A program made the position numbers and the translations under genes. Below are positions 55,986-64,000 of a stretch of 64,000 nt of DNA, piece by piece. The notes under the pieces are model-generated. The model made no database searches, was not told the DNA's origin, and saw only the letters and a program-made list of their open reading frames with translations. Source of the stretch: Octopus vulgaris (lineage: Eukaryota); assembly GCA_951406725.2 (NCBI GenBank), contig OX597814.1, positions 197,284,001-197,348,000 of the forward strand. The letters run 5' to 3'. The number at the start of each line of letters is the position of its first letter. Position 1 is the stretch's first letter.

Positions 55986-57191
55986 CCATAGGTAACTATG
56001 TAACCAAAAGTAGGCCTGCGGCAGTAGATGTTGGTAAGGAGATTTCAGTTGAGTAGATTGGAGCGTGGTATAGTTGAAGTTGTTTTTGTTTCAAAGACAC
56101 AACAAGCCTTCGGGTCCAGTACTCGAACCCAAGACCTTCCAATCGTGACACCAACACTCTTACCAATAAGCCACTTGTTTTATAACTTGATCGCACATGC
56201 CTCTCATGCTTCTGTTCTTCTAGTAAAGAATGAAATAACGATAGAAGCAAAAGTCAGTAGGCTTTTAGCTCTTTCCTCTGAGATCCATGTAGACGCTGCT
56301 GGCCAGTCTCAGCCACGTCGAGAGTCGGATTGGAGTCCCGGTTAAATTGTTTGGAGGTGATGTACCCTGAGCCCCCAGGTGAAGTGAACTTGGAATGGGG
56401 TTACGAACTTCAGCATCCACAGAGATTTCAGGACAAGGAGCAGTTCTGATCGTCTTTTCTAAGGCACGGCTTCCCACAGCACAGCTATCGACAGAGCTGT
56501 TCTGAGTAAAGCAAAGAACATGAAATACTGTGAAGCATGCACAGTCAGCTACCAGTCACCTATTTCTACCGATAAAAAAGAAGCTATTCCGTCTGTCTGA
56601 TGATTAAGTGATAGAGATTATGGGAAGAATGTAACTGAAAGAGCAAGATACAGATTCGTTTCTCTTCGGCCAGATCCTCTTCGGCCAGATCCTCTTCGAC
56701 TTCTTCAAGAGTCAGGTTCAACTACGAAATTAAGATGGAGAGTAATGATAGTGAATGTCCTAGCACGGGTCTGTAGGCCAGGAAATAACAGCTAGAGAAT
56801 ATTACTGACCCTGGGTGACTAAGGTAGACCTGGAGCTGTAGTCTTTCATGATTAATCTGATGTGGTGGTCCTCTTGAGTAATCCTGCAACTGTTACATTC
56901 CATGAATGGTCACATGTGTTGCTCCATCTCTTGGGACATTTTCTCTATTTTGTATTCTATGGTATTTTACTTCTTGCCATATTAATGTAAGCTTCCACCG
57001 ATTTCTTTTCTACATCTTTGCTGTAACGCTCACACATTTGTCACTCTTTGTAGATGCAAAAGGAAATATTATTTTTTTTTTGTTGCTGTTGTGATTATCG
57101 TTGTCATTTTGCCATCTTTGATATTATTATAATTACCATTATTATTTTTTTATTATAATTATCATTATCATCATTATTATTATTATTATTA

Positions 57192-57229
<38 letters not shown>

Positions 57230-57949
57230 TATTATTATTGTTTTTGTTGTTGTTATAAATAATAATAATAATAATAATAATGATAATAGTAATAATAATA
57301 ATAATAATAATGGTAATTGTAATGTGGTTACTGTTGTTAAGCAGATTTAAAGTTGTTCTGAAAGAGAAAACGGATAATCTCCCATCACCACCACCATCAC
57401 CACTACCACACAGTCAGCACTACCCACCACACATCTTCACCACAACCTCCATCATCATCATCATCAACATTATCACTACAACCTCCACCACCAACACCCA
57501 CCACAGATATACGGTAACAATCTATTGATTTCTGCCATCTCTGAAAGAAGGCTCTAAGATAATACTCGTACACAGACACAAGAATCACAAACGTTGCGAC
57601 TGAAAATATCATCATGGAAGTGTTAACTTGTATGCATGTTTAGATAAATAAGTATTCGTGTGTGTGTGTGTGTGTGTATGTGATTGTGATTGTTAGTGCG
57701 GGTGTTTATGTATGTGCAAATGTATGTCTTCCTGTAAAGGTGTGTGTTGGCTATACCTGTGTGCTTGAGTGTGTGACGTCAGTAGTGATGACTATTGTGG
57801 CGAAATGTGCCGTTGTGTAGGGAAAAGATTCAAACACTATGCTTGACGTTGGCTACATATCCCTATATCATGTTAAGGGTACTTAGATATACGTGCCTCT
57901 ACATATATATGTATGTATACGTATCTATGTATCTACCTATGTATGTATG

Positions 57950-58292
57950 TCTGAGATCCCCTTCGGTCACGACACTGACCATGGGATTACACCTAGAAAG
58001 TTACCCTCACAGATACAAGTCCGGGCAAGGTCGTTTATGGAAGACCAGCAGTCGCCCACAGATACCGGCCTCCCTTCTCCATACCACCAGTGTTATCCAA
58101 GGGAAAGGCAAAAGGGCCGATACAGCTTGGCACCTGTGACATCGCAACTCATTTCTGCAGGCGAGTGAACTGGAGCAACGTGAAATAAAGTGCTTTGCTC
58201 AAGAACACAACACGCAGCCCGGTCCGGGATTCGAGCTCACAACCTCACGATCGTAAGCTCGACGCTCTAACCACTGAGCCATGCGCCTTCAC
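57950..58292 (-). mobile_element. Family D SINE
   Basis: Paralogue of 12965-13292. Confidence 0.88.
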
Positions 58293-59104
58293 ATGTGTGT
58301 ATGTATGTACTTGTGCCTTAATGTATACATATATATTAAGGGAATTTATACATAAACCTGAGGAGTGGATATTTCTGCAGTATCAGTACAATAATGCCGA
58401 TGCAATGTATTGTTACGCATAACATATAATAATATAGCTATACACTTCTGACGAAATGTCCATGAAACACATGTAAAAATCATGTAATAAAAACGGATTA
58501 TACACTCCATTCACCTTATTAATATTTAAATCAATTCAATGGAAATTTACGGGTTCTTGGATGTATCATCAGCAAAAAGTTTCCATTTCCGTGTTTTACT
58601 CGTATCTCATGGCCGGTAACAGCGATCAGGCTTAATAAAACAAACCGAAGATTAAAATCCAAATGGAATATGTTTACATATGTATATGCATACATATATA
58701 TTTTTTTATATACAGAGAGAGAGAGAGAGAGGAGACACACATATAAATACATTTTAACATCCACAAAGATCAGAACATAACTGCAGCTCTTGTTGATCTA
58801 AATCTTCAATCTATGTGGGTATCTTTTCAATGCATTTTCTGGTTTAAAATGCCACACCAGATGCCATGATGGTTCTAGGTGTACGTACAGGAGGTGGTCA
58901 AATTCTTCATAAGGAATAGACAACCACCATACGTGTATGTATATATATATAAATTTAGGGAGAGTTTACTAAAAAAACAAGAGACGAAGACAGGTGGTGT
59001 ACAAAACAAACAGATGTATTAGTATAACGCTCAGGAATAGAAAAACTCTTTTATGTTTCGAGCCTACGCTCTTCTACAGAAAGGGACACAAAAAAAAACA
59101 AGGA

Positions 59105-59165
<61 letters not shown>

Positions 59166-59304
59166 AGGATAAAATTTATATAAGATTTATTAAGTAGCCA
59201 GCGTGGAACACCAATTAAGGAAAAAAATTATTTCAAACTATATCATTTTAAACCCAAATATAACATACGTCATTATATTAAGGGCTATTATCTATTATTA
59301 TGAC

Positions 59305-59416
59305 TAACGCCTCACGCTGTAAGGGGATTCTAAAGTCAAACTACTACAATAGATATACATATAAGTATGTATCGAAGTTGTTTGGCTTCAAAGTCCCTTT
59401 AGAGCGTGAGGCGTTA
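59305..59416. repeat. ~110-bp hairpin/MITE-like repeat
   Basis: TAACGCCTCACGCT..AAGGGGA.T...AAGTCAAAC / GTTTGGCTT...AGTCCCTTT..AGCGTGAGGCGTTA; the left arm is related to 28553-28600. Confidence 0.75.
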
Positions 59417-59454
59417 CCTATAGTATAAGCCCTTCATATAATAATATATATATG

Positions 59455-60256
59455 TATGTTGTGACAAGCTTGCTTTCCAACCACATGGTTCCGGGTTCAC
59501 TCCCACTGCCTGGCGCCTTGCCCAAGTGTCTTCTATAGCCTTGGCCAGACCAAATTGACGGAAGCCCGTCGTATATATATATAAATATATGTGTGTGTGT
59601 ATTTGTGCGTCTGTGTTCCCCCCCCCACCCATTGCTTGGCAACGGACATTAGTGTGTTTATGACAACGTAACTTAGCGGTTCGACAAAAGTCACCAATAA
59701 AATAAGTAATAGACTTACAAAGAATAAGTCCTGGGGTCTATTTCTTCGACAAACGCGGTGCTCCAGTATGGCCGTAGACAAAGGACTGAAAACTGTAAAA
59801 AAATGAAGGAATAAAAGAATATATATACATATATATAGGCGCAGGAGTGGCTTTGTGGTAAGTAGCTTGCAAACCAACCACATGGTTCCGGGTTCAGTCC
59901 CACTGCGTGGCATCTTGGGCAAGTGTCTTCTGCTATAGCCCCAGGCCGACCAGTGCTTTGTGAGTGGATTTGGTAGACGGAAACTGAAAGAAGCCTGTCG
60001 TATATAGTATATATATATATATAAGTGTGTGTGTAATATGTTTGTGTGTCTGTGTTTGTCCCCCTAGCATTGCTTGACAACCGATGTTGGTGTGTTTACG
60101 TCCCCGTCACTTAGCGGTTTGGCAAAAGAGACCGATAGAATAAGTATTGGGCTTACAAAGAATAAGTCCCGGGGTCGATTTGCTCGACTAAAGGCGGTGC
60201 TCCAGCATGGCCGCAGTCAAATGACTGAAACAAGTAAAAGAGTAAAAGAGTAAAGA
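59455..60256 (+). mobile_element. Two tandem family A SINEs (degenerate 59455-59820; full 59838-60256)
   Basis: Match to the 25104 consensus. Confidence 0.88.
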
Positions 60257-60267
60257 ATATATGTATA

Positions 60268-60316
<49 letters not shown>

Positions 60317-60859
60317 GTATGCATACACACAGGTACACAGAAACACACACAAAAATGTGCATCTGTGTTTTTGTGTGTGTGTGCGCATGTGTGTCTACGT
60401 GTGTGCGCGTAGAAGTTCGTGCTGTTAGAGTATGGACTTCAATATGAATAAATTGCACGAAAATTTAACTGCAAAATCTCTGTCAAAAGAATGTATGCTT
60501 ATAATGTATGCAATCACACACACAGACACATATATACACACACACATATATATATGTGGGTGTGCGTGTGTGTTTATATGTGTATGTATGTGTATGTGTA
60601 TATGTATATACATGCATGTAAGTATATATATATACATGTGTATATATGTTTATATATATATATATATATATATGCATAAAAATCTGCATAAATACTTCTT
60701 TAGGACTACTGTGTACTTTATATATATATCTGTATCTATATACACACATACAAACATACACACACACTCATACCCACACACAAGCGCACACATATTTCCG
60801 TTTTCAGTTATAAAAATATATTTACAGTGCTATTAGTATAATCAGGAATTTTATCATTG

Positions 60860-60871
60860 CTGTCGTTTTTA

Positions 60872-60902
<31 letters not shown>

Positions 60903-61360
60903 TACTATTATCATTATTATTATTATTATTTTTATTATTATTATTTTTATTATTATTATTATTATTATCATCATTATTATTGTTATTATTATTATCATCA
61001 TCATCATCATTATTACTATTATCATCATTATTATTATTATTTTTATTATTATTATTATTATTGAGTGAGAGAGCAGTTCATGCCATCAAAGTGACACTGG
61101 GGTAAAATATACGAAGCCCAATATACCCATCATGACTACCCGTCTGATAAGGGTACACCAGGCACATGCATCACAACCATATGTGCGCGACATGGTGATC
61201 TCATATCAAGATAAACAGCACATGACCTTGCAGGTGATTATCATCATTATTATTGTTATTATTATTATCATCATCATCATCATTATTACTATTATTATCG
61301 TTATTATTATTATTATTTTTATTATTATTATTATTATCATCATTATTATTGTTATTATTC
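60860..61360 (-). mobile_element. (ATT/ATC)n tract containing a 175-bp 3' end (61062-61236) of the AAT-targeting retroelement
   Basis: Reverse complement of ~11465-11643, embedded in ATT repeats on both sides. Confidence 0.8.
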
Positions 61361-61782
61361 TATAATTCCTAAAGTAGTAAATCATTGCAATATAACGCCT
61401 TCAGGTCGAAAATGTAAGTGGCATTATTATAAATTATTATAGTATACTTTATAAACCCGCTACCCTAGTTCACTCAACTTTTTGATAAATAGCCTGAATA
61501 CATATCTACGCTATTTATCTCTCCTTTTCCCTCCGTCACCTTCTTTCTCCTTTTCTCTCTATTCCTAAAGTCGAACCTACTATCTTAAAGATAGCGTTTA
61601 CACAGTGGTTTATACTTGTCTCCATATAACTGTTACAATATACGCTGGACTATAAGAAACCACAAAGACCCTTTTCCTTTCTGGGGTTTTTTGGTTTTTT
61701 TCTCGGATAAGACAAAATGTGTTGTGTATTTGTTGAGTGATGTGTTGGAATCACAAGGCATGATATATAAATTTGGCGCTAA

Positions 61783-62357
61783 ACAAGGGGCTAAACACAA
61801 AGGGGACAAACAAGGACAGACAAACGGATTAAGTCGATTATATCGACCCCAGTGAGTAACTGGTACTTATTTAATCGACCCCGAAAGGATGAAAGGCAAA
61901 GTCGACCTCAGCGGAATTCGAACTCAGAACGTAGAGGCAGACGAAATACCTATTTCATTACTACCCACAAGGGGCTAAACTCAGAGGACAAACAAGGACA
62001 GACAAACGGATTAAGTCGATTATATCGACCCCAGTGAGTAACTGGTACTTATTTAATCGACCCCGAAAGGATGAAAGGCAAAGTCGACCTCGGCGAAATT
62101 TGAACTCAGAACGTAGAGGCAGACGAAATACCTATTTCTTTACTACCCACAAGGGGCTAAACACAGAGGACAAACAAGGACAGACAAACGGATTAAGTCG
62201 ATTATATCGACCCCAGTGAGTAACTGGTACTTATTTAATCGACCCCAAAAGCACGAAAGGCAAAGTCAACCTCGGCGGAATTTGAACTCTGAACGTAACG
62301 GCAGACGAAATACTGCTACGCATTTCGCCCGGCGTGCTAACGTTTCAGCCAGCTCGC
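61783..62357 (-). mobile_element. Family B SINE trimer (182-bp period, one head)
   Basis: Equivalent ORF starts at 61852, 62034 and 62216 show the 182-bp period; single head at ~62310-62357. Confidence 0.92.
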
Positions 62358-62963
62358 TGACTACCAGCAGGCTTCTTACCACACAGCCACTCCTGCGCAT
62401 AGTATACATACGCACATATGTATATTATTAAAAAAAAAATTTTCTGGCTTATGTAATTGGACGGCATCTTTGTTGTGGTACTGACCTGAAAACAGTACCC
62501 GATGCCATAGTTTCCAGTGAATGTACGAATGTGATATTTATATCGACCCATTGTTGTCGAATCATTTCGCTTTGATTTTAGACACGAGACCGATCATTTC
62601 ATTCATTTTGAAATAACTATATTGTTTTACAGACAGACATTGATAGGCATTTAAATGAAAAGAATGCATGCATTTAAGTCTGTGTATGTGTCTGTCTCTG
62701 TGTAGCCCGCTAAAATATGTTTGTGAGTTGTGCAGCAAACTATCTTCTGTATAACTATGACAGCACATCTCCTTCACTCTATTTATATCTGTCTATGTGT
62801 GTGTGTTTGTTTTTTGTAGAGTGAGTCTGAACAAGGAATCCGACATGTCGACAGTTTGATTGGATTGTGTATTTGTAAATCTAACTTCGGTTTCATGACT
62901 GGCAGCAAATACAGACATGTGCGTGGAAAGCAGCAGCAAGTGGATCATTCACACAAGCACATA

Positions 62964-63020
<57 letters not shown>

Positions 63021-63310
63021 AATAAAATAAAACATATGCATATCTATAAACATATATGTACGTACCTACCTCTACATGTACATATACACGCATATATGAG
63101 TACAGGACACCAAAAAGACGTCGAACACAATGAGAAACGAAAACATAGGCACAAACCGAAGGAACTGGACATTTTTTTAAACAACAAAAAAATAGATTAC
63201 AGGACAATTAACACAAAGAAAAAACCCCTTCTTCAGTCGCTATGGTTTCATCTACTCTACGTTTCGAAGAATATACAAGAATATACATATATATACACGT
63301 ATATACAATA

Positions 63311-63475
63311 GGCGCAGGAGTGGCCGTGTGGTAAGTAGCTTGCTTACCAACCACATGGTTCCGGATTCATCCCCACGTGGCACCTTGGGCAAGTATCTTC
63401 TACTATTGGCTCCGGCCGACCAAAGCCTTGTGAGTGGATTTGGGAGACAGAAACTGAAAGAAGCCCGTCGTATAT
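63311..63475 (+). mobile_element. 5' half of a family A SINE
   Basis: GGCGCAGGAGTGGCCGTGTGGTAAG...GAAAGAAGCCCGTCG(TA)n. Confidence 0.85.
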
Positions 63476-64000
63476 ATATATATATATATATAAACACGAT
63501 TATACATATATAAACATGTATGTATTTATATGTATACATATAAACACGTAAACATATGTGTATATACACATCTACACATATATATACATGTGTGTGTTTG
63601 TGATACATGTCTGTATGTATATGTGTGCGTTTATGTATATATATATATATATATATTCGACAATAATATTAAGGATTGGCCTTAATAGGCCATTCAACTC
63701 ACTAAAACGAGCAGCTAAACTCAAACCGCTAAATGGTAGTAATTCAGAAATCAAAGGAAAATTAAAAACATTTACCCTAATCATCTTTGGACAATGCATT
63801 GTTTCGACGTACTTTTTGGTAAACCAGCCTAATTAAATTAAATTAAATTTAATCAAGTCAATTTACCACAGGCCCGTCTCATCGGCAAAGAAGCCAGGAG
63901 GAATAAATATTCCACGAGGCAACAGCATCGATAAATATATATATATATATAGATATATATATATATGGATATGTATGTCTATATACATACATATGTATGC

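Noticed and set aside
61783-62357. Regular repeats resembling a CRISPR array or a repeated small gene (NWYLFNRPRKDERQS ORFs)
   Set aside because: The units are near-identical over their whole 182 bp with no unique spacers. They are antisense SINE bodies in a eukaryotic genome.

Overview
This is a eukaryotic, very AT-rich, repeat-dense non-coding window. The SINE families and the (TA)n/(CA)n/(GATA)n load point to a cephalopod, most likely Octopus (inference, no search run). I can support no host protein-coding exon, and nearly all long ORFs in the track are microsatellite artefacts. Protein-coding remnants are all transposon-derived: a young 5'-truncated CR1/L2-group LINE with an open RT C-terminus (19648-20698), a second CR1-type 3' stub, and a decayed Tc1/mariner element split by a SINE. 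The window also holds at least four tRNA-headed SINE families, a MITE with 30-bp TIRs and an 8-bp TSD, an orphan 5S rRNA copy, several long fold-back palindromes, minimal hammerhead-ribozyme-like motifs and one candidate non-coding exon. The most interesting patterns are: (1) a SINE that forms head+(body)n multimers with recurrent microhomology junctions and TSDs ending in AATACC; (2) a LINE and a SINE sharing a 3' recognition tail with a covarying hairpin; (3) scattered minimal hammerheads linked to fold-back DNA. I see no clearly novel gene system.
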